64,000 bases of DNA from Bacteroidales bacterium (GTDB lineage Bacteria > Bacteroidota > Bacteroidia > Bacteroidales > UBA12077). A program made the position numbers and the translations under genes. Under the pieces are notes generated by a model. The model did not search any database. It saw only the letters and a list, made by a program, of their open reading frames with translations, and was not told where the DNA came from. How positions within the stretch are numbered: position 1 is the first letter of the stretch; each line of letters begins with the position of its first letter. Of the stretch, positions 10,701 to 17,328 are shown piece by piece. The stretch covers positions 25,441 to 89,440 of the forward strand of contig DAOWGM010000059.1 of the NCBI GenBank assembly GCA_030637515.1, in the 5' to 3' direction.

Positions 10701-11343
10701 TTAAAGTAGTAGTTGGAATATCCTTTGCAAACAGCGTGTTTCCTTCATCGTCTAATTTTGTAATAAACATACCATAACTATTACTATACCTTATATCAGT
10801 GGGAAAGGTAATTGAATCACGATAAACTCCTGCAACTACCAAATCTCCGTATTTATCAATATCAATTGAAGAAACAAATTGCTTAGCTTCATTATATGCT
10901 ATCTTTTTAGCCCATATCTCATTTCCGTTTAAGTCATATTTTGCAAGAAATATATCTAAAAAACCATCTGAGTTTAATACTGTTGGGTCGAAAGTAATAT
11001 CCTGCTGAAAACCACCAACTAAATAAATATATGTTCCATCGGAAACCATACTGCTTCCAAAATCTAAACCTCCACCGCCTAATTGTTTAAACCAATCAAT
11101 TGTATAGTCTGATTTATATTTAACAATATAAGCATCTCTGGAATTAGCAATATAATCAGTTCCAACGTTAATTGTTCCTAAATAGTCGCCAAATACATAA
11201 ACATTGCCATCTATTACTTCCTGACTAAGAATTTGGTTTATGTCAGCTGTAGAACTAATATAGTTACTAAGAACAAAATCCTGACTATTTGCAGAATTAC
11301 ATACTAACACGCTTAATATCAGTAAATTTAAAAAATTTCTCAT
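7786..11343 (-). CDS. Large secreted protein: SBBP-like beta-propeller repeats + multiple SprB repeats + T9SS type-A C-terminal sorting domain
   Basis: Signal peptide 'MRNFLNLLILSVLVCNSANS|Q'. Repeated 'D.F..KY...GN..W' units in the N-terminal approx 460 aa. At least 6 'C.G..DG.......GG...Y.Y.W' SprB repeats. C-terminus 'IRIYPNPVSDRLFV...GIYFIRL'. Confidence 0.85.
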   Translation of the reverse strand: MRNFLNLLILSVLVCNSANSQDFVLSNYISSTADINQILSQEVIDGNVYVFGDYLGTINVGTDYIANSRDAYIVKYKSDYTIDWFKQLGGGGLDFGSSMVSDGTYIYLVGGFQQDITFDPTVLNSDGFLDIFLAKYDLNGNEIWAKKIAYNEAKQFVSSIDIDKYGDLVVAGVYRDSITFPTDIRYSNSYGMFITKLDDEGNTLFAKDIPTTTLSSKFTDLKAYNENYYFLGVFDGTCSFETGDEVSTGSGYTDVFIYKTDISGNGLWTRRTSTDAEALSGTLSRDNYGNIYFTGYFEGTNIQIDSTLTELSSAITTNGGDDIFIYKYNKNGNLIWGKGYGSTSHDWARGINYQNGFLYCTGYFSNEIIFGEDTLKSSGTDDYDIFLGLIDTDGNDLKAISIDGSDSENDSGLEIDSDSENNGYLAGYFRATEVQVGDSLFTNPIPGNSCLLVAKYDPPFTVAFTKKQNVTCGKGNDGELIVTPFFGVPPINYDWSHDGGLNDSTASSLTAGKYTVTITDNASSIDSVTFNITEPDTFLFNPNITQVTSCSYSTEGAIGLNVSGGNGGNTYYWFESNGGSGVSLLAEDQTGLTTGTYSVTVTDEKGCTADTLINISGPDTIVFTGTTVTHINNVPVAQDGAVNLVVTGGAESYASYTWTGPNLFSASTEDITGLTDGGLYSVTVLDDNGCTADTSLTIIDSTQLFIYFKESDIQNVSCNSLGDGEATITSLGYSGTLSYVWSHDGGLNSPTATGLSAGKYLVTVTDDSGSKTDSVTIIEPLVLNTSTDVPPQLDCNGDNSGYVDLTVTGGTEPYTYNWSTGDKTQDIAGLIADTYNVTVTDANSCETPDNATITDALAILIDIVLDDGVTCYGNNDAQVTANASGGAGGFSYLWDDPGSQATAIADDMPAGSFTVTVTDANSCEQTKPYNITQPGLIVIVPDVYDITCNNENDGAILLNVSGGTPTFDYFWTTSGGSGHAITDKNQSGLSAGRYYFIASDANNCEYEDSVDITNPPVITIDSESATNASASTVADGSVTVSASGGTGDLSYTLNPGSVTNSTGVFNSLLPGDYTVDVTDDNTCGPITSSTLSVDSPDGIVDYFSDEKIRIYPNPVSDRLFVKTEYEGDFTIQLVNASGSVVFIRDLNLIGEKSRMEVNVANYPKGIYFIRLYNKEVSINRKIIIQ

Positions 11344-11353
11344 GGCTTTAGTT

Positions 11354-11506
11354 TTATGAAACTTGGTATGAAGTAGCTTCTTTTGTTACATCATGGGTCT
11401 CTCCGCCTTCAGTCTTTCCCTTGTCCAGACAAATTAACTTTGGAGTCTCCCAATTTAGTTTTTCAGAACAACTATTAGTCTCTATTTTATTCCCCTTTTT
11501 ATCCAT
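11354..11506 (-). CDS. Candidate lasso-peptide precursor (50 aa, not in ORF track)
   Basis: Hand translation: MDKKGNKIETNSCSEKLNWETPKLICLDKGKTEGGETHDVTKEATSYQVS*. Same strand as and downstream of B2. 'WETPKL' resembles the YxxPxL RRE-binding leader motif, there is a Thr-x-Gly junction (T32-E33-G34), Asp/Glu acceptors follow, and the C-terminal Ser is as in kinase-associated lasso precursors. Confidence 0.6.
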   Translation of the reverse strand: MDKKGNKIETNSCSEKLNWETPKLICLDKGKTEGGETHDVTKEATSYQVS

Positions 11507-11646
11507 ATCAACACATTTGTTTTTGATCTCAATAATTATGCAATTTTACTAATATTCAAGTAAATTTATTACGGTTTTATTGATTCTACAAGTTTTTGTT
11601 ATAAAAAATAGTTTTCAATACATTCAATTATAATAATTTTTTTCTT

Positions 11647-12084
11647 TTAGCTGTAAAATCCAACAACAGAAAATTTTTCATATCCTTTCTTTCCACTTAT
11701 AAAATCACTGCCAATTTTAAGCCAGGCATGTGCAATCAGTTTACTATTTTTATCTTTTGACACACCAAGATAAATTGTCGATTTTATCTGGTGTTTTTCC
11801 AATACTTTTTTCACTGCAATTGCCTCTTCAAAACATTTTACTTTCCATGGCAATCTTTTTTTTAGTCTTCGTTTATTTTTTCTCAAGACATCTATTAATT
11901 GAAGCTGATTCTCATTAACATCGACTTCAATCTCTTTTTTAAATTCCCCAAGAACAGAACTAAACCATTTTAAAGGAATAATTCGAACAAGAACAAAAGC
12001 ATAAATCAACCAAAAAAATGTTTGGTTTAAAATTATACGTTCTTTTTTATCTATCTTATAATATTTCTTTAACAGTTTGAACAT
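11647..12084 (-). CDS. Lasso peptide biosynthesis B2 protein (transglutaminase-like leader peptidase)
   Basis: 145 aa. 'WKVKCFEEAIAVKKVL' (catalytic Cys), 'LIAHAWLKIGSDFISG' (His/Asp). The N-terminal hydrophobic helix is typical of the family. Confidence 0.85.
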   Translation of the reverse strand: MFKLLKKYYKIDKKERIILNQTFFWLIYAFVLVRIIPLKWFSSVLGEFKKEIEVDVNENQLQLIDVLRKNKRRLKKRLPWKVKCFEEAIAVKKVLEKHQIKSTIYLGVSKDKNSKLIAHAWLKIGSDFISGKKGYEKFSVVGFYS

Positions 12085-12117
12085 ATTTGATGTTCATATT
12101 TTTAAACGTTTTAAGAG

Positions 12118-12408
12118 CTAATATGTTACAACAATCAACTCTTTTTCAATTAAATCCATAATAAATGGAGCAATGTCTTTAAAACATTTGTTTTTATCAA
12201 TATTGTAATTTGCTGTAATCATTTCAATCAGAGTAACTATTTTAATAGGATTTTTAATATTATCCCAAATAAAAGTTCCGGTTTTACCTAAACCATAATA
12301 TTCTCCTTTTTCGATACTCATCATTACTTTTTCACCATCCAGATCGCTGGTAAGAACATCGTTTTTTCTTTGTATAATTGTATCTAATGTAATTTCTATT
12401 TTAGCCAT
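12118..12408 (-). CDS. PqqD-family lasso peptide B1 protein (RiPP recognition element)
   Basis: 'LDGEKVMMSIEKGEYYGLGKTGTFIWDNI....VTLIEMITANYNID' is a PqqD-like pattern. I prefer the ATG at 12408 (MAKIEITLD), 1 nt after the upstream TAG, over the track start at 12438. Confidence 0.8.
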   Translation of the reverse strand: MAKIEITLDTIIQRKNDVLTSDLDGEKVMMSIEKGEYYGLGKTGTFIWDNIKNPIKIVTLIEMITANYNIDKNKCFKDIAPFIMDLIEKELIVVTY

Positions 12409-12409
12409 A

Positions 12410-13276
12410 CTAATAAATAGGTTTATTGTTAGTATCAATATATTCGTATTTCATCATAACAGATTTATGTTTTGAAATAACTTCTTCAGTTGTTTTTTGA
12501 TTTAAACAATTTTTCCAATCACCCGTTTTCCCCTTTCTAAAAAATGACTTTGATTTAATCATCTTTTCTTTAAATCCGCCTTCTTTCTCCTGATTTGCAA
12601 GAACTGAAAAATCACTTTTTTTGATAGCTTCATGAATTTCTGAATCTGGCTTTTCAATTCCAATAAATTTTACTGCATCTTTAAAACTATCAAATGTGTT
12701 GCTTATCATATCTTCATAACGAATAAAATGAACTGGGATATTTTTTTGCTCTGTCCAGCTTTTTACATGATCTGACCAAGATCCTAAAATTTGCCGGAGT
12801 TGATTTTGAAGCTTGTCATTCTGATTACAAAAAGCAAAATTTGAATCATTCAATGTTTTAACCATTTTCTCAACTGGTTTGGCACTATGATAAGCAAAAG
12901 AAACCAAAACATCCAGTGGATTTCTGATAATATAAACCACTCCCCTTGTTATTTCTGATGGAAAAAGAGGTTCACCTCTTTCTGTTGCATAGTACTTATC
13001 GTGAACTTTCTTAAACAACAATTCATTGCTTTCAGCAGATTGCATTCGATACACTTCCGGTCGTAAAGAATCAATTTCATTAAAAGTTAAATCAGATGAC
13101 GAAAGACCAGTATATTCATCAAATATTTTTCTGGAACTGGAAATTGAAGTGTCAGCCAGATCGTTAATATTAGCAGGGACATCCGAATCGTTTAACAAAT
13201 TCGTAAGAAATACTCTAAACCAGGTATTCCCTGACTTTGGATAACTTGCAAGCCATATAATGTTTTTTTTATACAT
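12410..13276 (-). CDS. PAPS-dependent sulfotransferase (Sulfotransfer_1 type)
   Basis: 5'-PSB motif 'SYPKSGNTWFRVFL' and 3'-PB motif 'VVYIIRNPLDVLVSFAYH'. C-terminal 'FFRKGKTGDWKN' matches the family GxxGxW region. Confidence 0.85.
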   Translation of the reverse strand: MYKKNIIWLASYPKSGNTWFRVFLTNLLNDSDVPANINDLADTSISSSRKIFDEYTGLSSSDLTFNEIDSLRPEVYRMQSAESNELLFKKVHDKYYATERGEPLFPSEITRGVVYIIRNPLDVLVSFAYHSAKPVEKMVKTLNDSNFAFCNQNDKLQNQLRQILGSWSDHVKSWTEQKNIPVHFIRYEDMISNTFDSFKDAVKFIGIEKPDSEIHEAIKKSDFSVLANQEKEGGFKEKMIKSKSFFRKGKTGDWKNCLNQKTTEEVISKHKSVMMKYEYIDTNNKPIY

Positions 13277-14165
13277 CCAGATTTAGCTTTTTCAATAAAA
13301 AATCTCCAAATTCATTTAGCAATAATGGTGATTGAGGCCTGGTAACCTTATAAACCTTTATTTCAGGTAAAAGTTTATTTAAAACCTGAAAATGATCCTG
13401 TTGTTTATCGAGGCCTTGAACAAATCTGTAACGATATGTATTGTTTTTAACTGTATTAAATTTTTTAATTCCGGATAACTCTTCAAATTCAAATCCAGGT
13501 GAATTTTTAGTGTTTATAATGATAATATTTTTTAAAGGAAGAGGCTCATTATAATAGTTTTCATTAACGGGTAACTGAAATTTCATCATGTCAGGCCTTA
13601 TCTCTTCCAAAGATTCATCGTGCATTTTTAATTTTTGCAAAACATCGTTCCATAATTTCATTTTGGGAAATCCGGGAACAACTTCAAGATTATGATTTAC
13701 AACACTAATATCGTCAGCTAAAACCTGAAAAGCCTGACTAACAAAATAAGCTGCAATAGAAGACTTTCCTACTCCACTTAATCCTGTAAAGACGGTTGCC
13801 GATTTACCAAATTTTACGGCACTTCCATGAACCGGTAATAAACCTCGCTGAATAAATAATGCGCCAAAAGCCGAACCTAAAAGAAATAAACGAACTTCTT
13901 TATCAATTTCCTTTTTTAAAAGCTTTACACTTATTTGGTTTCCATTAGCGACATAGTACTTAGCTATATTATTAACTTCCAGTAAGAATTCATTTTTAGC
14001 TGCCTGATACATTACACCTTTATTAATTATTTTATCAAGCTTTGTGGGAGCTTCCCCAATCTTTATCTCCACATCAGGTGTACCCCCAGAAACCAATAAT
14101 TCTGGAATTTCAAAATCAGATTTAATAATTAATCCGAATGCCTTATATGTAAAGGTTTTTACCAT
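13269..14165 (-). CDS. HPr-kinase-like (HprK-related) lasso precursor kinase
   Basis: 298 aa. P-loop 'FTGLSGVGKSSIAAYF' in the C-terminal-domain position. The stop overlaps the sulfotransferase ATG (ATGTATAA). Confidence 0.75.
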   Translation of the reverse strand: MVKTFTYKAFGLIIKSDFEIPELLVSGGTPDVEIKIGEAPTKLDKIINKGVMYQAAKNEFLLEVNNIAKYYVANGNQISVKLLKKEIDKEVRLFLLGSAFGALFIQRGLLPVHGSAVKFGKSATVFTGLSGVGKSSIAAYFVSQAFQVLADDISVVNHNLEVVPGFPKMKLWNDVLQKLKMHDESLEEIRPDMMKFQLPVNENYYNEPLPLKNIIIINTKNSPGFEFEELSGIKKFNTVKNNTYRYRFVQGLDKQQDHFQVLNKLLPEIKVYKVTRPQSPLLLNEFGDFLLKKLNLDV

Positions 14166-14183
14166 TTCTTTTCTTGCTTAGCA

Positions 14184-14191
14184 CAAATTTA
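14184..14191 (-). promoter_or_regulatory. -7 box (TAAATTTG on minus strand) for the kinase-sulfotransferase-B1-B2 operon
   Basis: Plus strand CAAATTTA. 18 nt before the kinase ATG (14165). Confidence 0.5.
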
Positions 14192-14258
14192 CACGAAAAT
14201 GCCTTAAAAGTAAGTATTATTGGAGTTTTTGCCTGTAGAATTATCCTTTTCAATTGCT

Positions 14259-14266
14259 TATATTTG
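14259..14266 (+). promoter_or_regulatory. -7 box (TATATTTG) for the cyclase-nucleotidyltransferase operon
   Basis: Perfect TAnnTTTG, 15 nt before the ATG at 14282. It lies inside the track's longer ORF, which argues for the shorter start. Confidence 0.5.
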
Positions 14267-14281
14267 TTAAAAGTCTTTTTT

Positions 14282-16165
14282 ATGAACTCCATTTTCGGAA
14301 GAATAAATACTAGTAAAAATCAAATTGATCAATCTCTTTTTAACAATAGTATTGATGTATTATCAGTATTCCCTGATGTCAAAAAAGAAATCAGTATAGA
14401 TAATAATACAGCTTTAGGAGAGGTTCTTTTTCCTCCATTTATACAAGCAGGTATTCAACATTCATCGAAAAGAATTGTTTCTGATTCAAAGCTTTACAAC
14501 TTACCAGATCTTGTGCAAAAGTTAAATATAAATGAAAATCAAGCCGAAGAAGGTTTTGTTATTTTAAAAGCCTATGAAAAGTGGGGCAATGATTGTGTTA
14601 AATATTTTATTGGAGATTTTGCTTTTGCAATTTGGGACACGAATACGGAAGAACTCTTTTGTGCACGTGATCATTTGGGAGTAAAGCCTTTTCATTATTT
14701 TTTTAATGATGAAACATTTGTTTTTAGTTCTGATATCAGTGCTGTTCTCGCGCAAAAGGATCTTCAGTTTAGTATTGATGAACAATACATTGCAGATACT
14801 ATCTCAATTATAAGTTCGAAAAAAATCAGAACAAATTATAATGAGATTAAGAAGTTGCCTCCTGCCTCTTACTTATTTTTAAAAAATGAGAACTTAGAAA
14901 TTAAACAATACTGGGAATTACAAACTCAAAAAACCATTCAGAAAAAAGACTCGGAAATTATTGAAGATTTTAAAACTTTACTTTTAAAAGCGGTAAAGTG
15001 CAGATTAAATAATGATAATTCAACCGGGACAGAGCTTAGTGGAGGTATTGACTCTTCGTGCATTACTGCAATATCTTCCAAGTTTGCTCAAATAAAAACT
15101 TTTTCTCATGTTTTACCTGATCATTTATTGGAAAAAATACATCCTTTTAAAGATGAGCGTGATTATATAAATCTTCTCGATGATTATTGTAACATTCAGG
15201 ATCGATATTTTATAACTTCAGAAAACAAATCTTTACATCGTGCAATTGAAGAAAATGTAATTGATTATAAAGGAATTTCTCAACAGAACTTTGGAGTTTT
15301 TTCTGATTGTTTGTATCAACAAGCAATGAAAGGAAATGTTTCTGTATTGCTTTCAGGATTTGGTGGAGATGAAGTAGTTACTTCAAAATCTAAAGGGTAT
15401 CTTTCTGAGTTAGCTTCAAATAGACAGTGGAAAGAACTAAAAAAAGATTTGAAGAATCAAAAGCCCAATAAATACAGATATTTAAGAACTCTATTAAAGT
15501 ATTTACTAAAGTTTAAAGCTCCGTTTATTTACAAGTTTATTTCTTTAAGAAAATATAAAAGACCGTTTTGGATAGATAAATATGATAATTTGGCAATAAG
15601 CAAAGAGTTCTCCCAAGAATTTAATATTAAAGAACGATACTTATTGTATTACAAAAAACGAAACTGTTCATCTCTGCAAAAAAATGCTATTGAAAGAATT
15701 ACACATCCGCATGTTTCGCAACGACTTGAATACTGTTCGTTAATTGCACGAAAGTACGGAATCGAATATCGATATCCTTTGCTTGACATACGTTTAATTG
15801 AGTGTTATCTGGCAATGCCTACGAGATTAAAAGCACAAAACGGAATCGGAAGATATGCAATCAGAAAAGCAATTGAGGGAATTGTGCCTGAAAAAATCCA
15901 ATGGAGAAATGATAAAAGCGGAGCTACCATTCCAAGCATTTTTATGAGAATGATAAATGATAAAGAACAAATATCAGAACTTATAAATCGGGCAAAGAAA
16001 ATTGATATTATTAAAAAATACATCGATCTTGAAAAATTTGAAAGATGGTTTCATAAACTCTGTCAAAGATCTGAAAACAAACAAAAAAATATTAATCCGG
16101 CTGCTTTTTATAATTACTTAAAGCTAATTATATTTATAGAACAAAATCCTAATCTTTTTAAATGA
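14282..16165 (+). CDS. Lasso peptide isopeptide-bond-forming cyclase (asparagine synthetase B homologue)
   Basis: PP-loop 'TELSGGIDSSCITA'. AsnB-like N-domain 'GDFAFAIWDTNTEELFCARDHLGVKPFHYF'. The N-terminus MNSIFG lacks the Cys2 glutaminase nucleophile. Confidence 0.85.
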   Translation: MNSIFGRINTSKNQIDQSLFNNSIDVLSVFPDVKKEISIDNNTALGEVLFPPFIQAGIQHSSKRIVSDSKLYNLPDLVQKLNINENQAEEGFVILKAYEKWGNDCVKYFIGDFAFAIWDTNTEELFCARDHLGVKPFHYFFNDETFVFSSDISAVLAQKDLQFSIDEQYIADTISIISSKKIRTNYNEIKKLPPASYLFLKNENLEIKQYWELQTQKTIQKKDSEIIEDFKTLLLKAVKCRLNNDNSTGTELSGGIDSSCITAISSKFAQIKTFSHVLPDHLLEKIHPFKDERDYINLLDDYCNIQDRYFITSENKSLHRAIEENVIDYKGISQQNFGVFSDCLYQQAMKGNVSVLLSGFGGDEVVTSKSKGYLSELASNRQWKELKKDLKNQKPNKYRYLRTLLKYLLKFKAPFIYKFISLRKYKRPFWIDKYDNLAISKEFSQEFNIKERYLLYYKKRNCSSLQKNAIERITHPHVSQRLEYCSLIARKYGIEYRYPLLDIRLIECYLAMPTRLKAQNGIGRYAIRKAIEGIVPEKIQWRNDKSGATIPSIFMRMINDKEQISELINRAKKIDIIKKYIDLEKFERWFHKLCQRSENKQKNINPAAFYNYLKLIIFIEQNPNLFK

Positions 16166-17328
16166 TTGATTTTAAAAATCATATTGAACAAAAATTCACT
16201 GATGAGTTAAAACTTCTGATTTTTCTTTCTCAGGGTGATTTGAATGATATCTCTTTCTTAGGAAATTTAGACAAGATTGATTGGGATGAATTTGTAGAAT
16301 TGACAATAAAACATAGGTTAGTATCGCATGTGTTACAGCATTCGGAATTTTTAGCTGAGAAATTTCCAATCCCCACTTACGAAAAATTAATTGACACCAG
16401 ATTAAAACACTCCAAAACATCACTTAATTATGCAATTCACGCTATTCGGATATTTCAAGAATTTAAAGAAAAAAGTATTCCTCATATATTTTTTAAAGGG
16501 CCATTACTTTCTCTTGAATTATATAATGATATTGGATACAGAAATTTTGGTGATATTGATGTATTGGTTGAAAAGAAAGATGCTGAGAAAGCAAAAAATC
16601 TACTTGAAGACTTAGGCTTTACTTGTATTTATCCTAAAATTAAACTTACTGAAAAACAAAAAGAAGTAAATTACAGTATTAGCCATCATTATCAGTTTAA
16701 ACATCCTGTACAAACTATTCATATTGAGCTACACTGGAATATTACAAATCCGAAAACTTTTTTTGGAATAGAATCAAAAGATATTATTTCAAACTCCATT
16801 AATTTAAAAGTGTCGAACTATGAATTGCCTTATATTTCAAAAATTGAAAATATCGTTTTTCAGGCTGCACACGGATCTATTCATCAATGGTATAGATTGT
16901 TCTGGATAAAAGATTTTTCGAAACTGCTCACAATAGTTCATTCTGAAGATCTGAAAAAAGCGTATGATTTATCAAAGAAACTTAAGCTGCAAAACTGTTT
17001 TATTCAAGCATGCTTATTATCAAATTTGCTTTACAAAACTGAAGTTCCAGATTTTGAGAATTTTAAGATTAAGAAGAATCTGAATAAGATTCCATTAAGC
17101 TCAATCACTGGAAAAGATTTAAGCAAGCAAGGATTAAAAGGAAAAATTAAATTCGTTTTATACAGAATCCGTTTAAAACCCGATTTCAATTATTATTTCG
17201 AATTAATTTACAGGCTAAGAACTCATTTGTCGGATTGGGAATTAATAAAGCTTCCAAAAAATCTATTCTTTTTATATTATGCTTTAAGACCTTTCTTACT
17301 GATTTATAAATTTCTATTTAGAAAATGA
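16162..17328 (+). CDS. NTP_transf_5 (PF14907-like) nucleotidyltransferase-fold tailoring enzyme
   Basis: 'GYRNFGDIDVLVEKKD' nucleotidyltransferase signature and 'IHIELHWNI'. ATGA overlap with the cyclase stop. Confidence 0.7.
   Translation: MIDFKNHIEQKFTDELKLLIFLSQGDLNDISFLGNLDKIDWDEFVELTIKHRLVSHVLQHSEFLAEKFPIPTYEKLIDTRLKHSKTSLNYAIHAIRIFQEFKEKSIPHIFFKGPLLSLELYNDIGYRNFGDIDVLVEKKDAEKAKNLLEDLGFTCIYPKIKLTEKQKEVNYSISHHYQFKHPVQTIHIELHWNITNPKTFFGIESKDIISNSINLKVSNYELPYISKIENIVFQAAHGSIHQWYRLFWIKDFSKLLTIVHSEDLKKAYDLSKKLKLQNCFIQACLLSNLLYKTEVPDFENFKIKKNLNKIPLSSITGKDLSKQGLKGKIKFVLYRIRLKPDFNYYFELIYRLRTHLSDWELIKLPKNLFFLYYALRPFLLIYKFLFRK

Noticed and set aside
7786-11343. Possible DNA-level tandem repeat or CRISPR-like array in the SprB-repeat gene
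   Set aside because: The periodicity is at the protein-domain level (about 80-90 aa SprB units) with diverged DNA. There are no short identical direct repeats with unique spacers.
11507-11646. Dedicated promoter for the precursor ORF
   Set aside because: Only an imperfect box (TAAATTTA, 11561-11568, minus strand) is present and there is no CAAAnnTA on the plus strand. It is too weak to call, so the precursor may be read through from B2.
11730-11918. 62-aa + strand ORF considered as an alternative precursor peptide
   Set aside because: It is antisense to and fully inside the well-supported B2 gene. It is hydrophobic and low-complexity, with no leader/core features and no C-terminal Ser.
12409-12438. 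10-codon N-terminal extension of the PqqD/B1 ORF overlapping the sulfotransferase gene
   Set aside because: The internal ATG at 12408 sits 1 nt after the upstream stop, which is typical coupling. The extension (MILTINLFIS) is not part of the PqqD fold.
14174-14281. Track's longer start for the cyclase ORF (MLSTNLHENALKVSIIGVFACRI...)
   Set aside because: The extension is hydrophobic, not AsnB-like, uses a non-ATG start and contains the TATATTTG promoter box. The ATG at 14282 (MNSIFGRIN) matches the family N-terminus.
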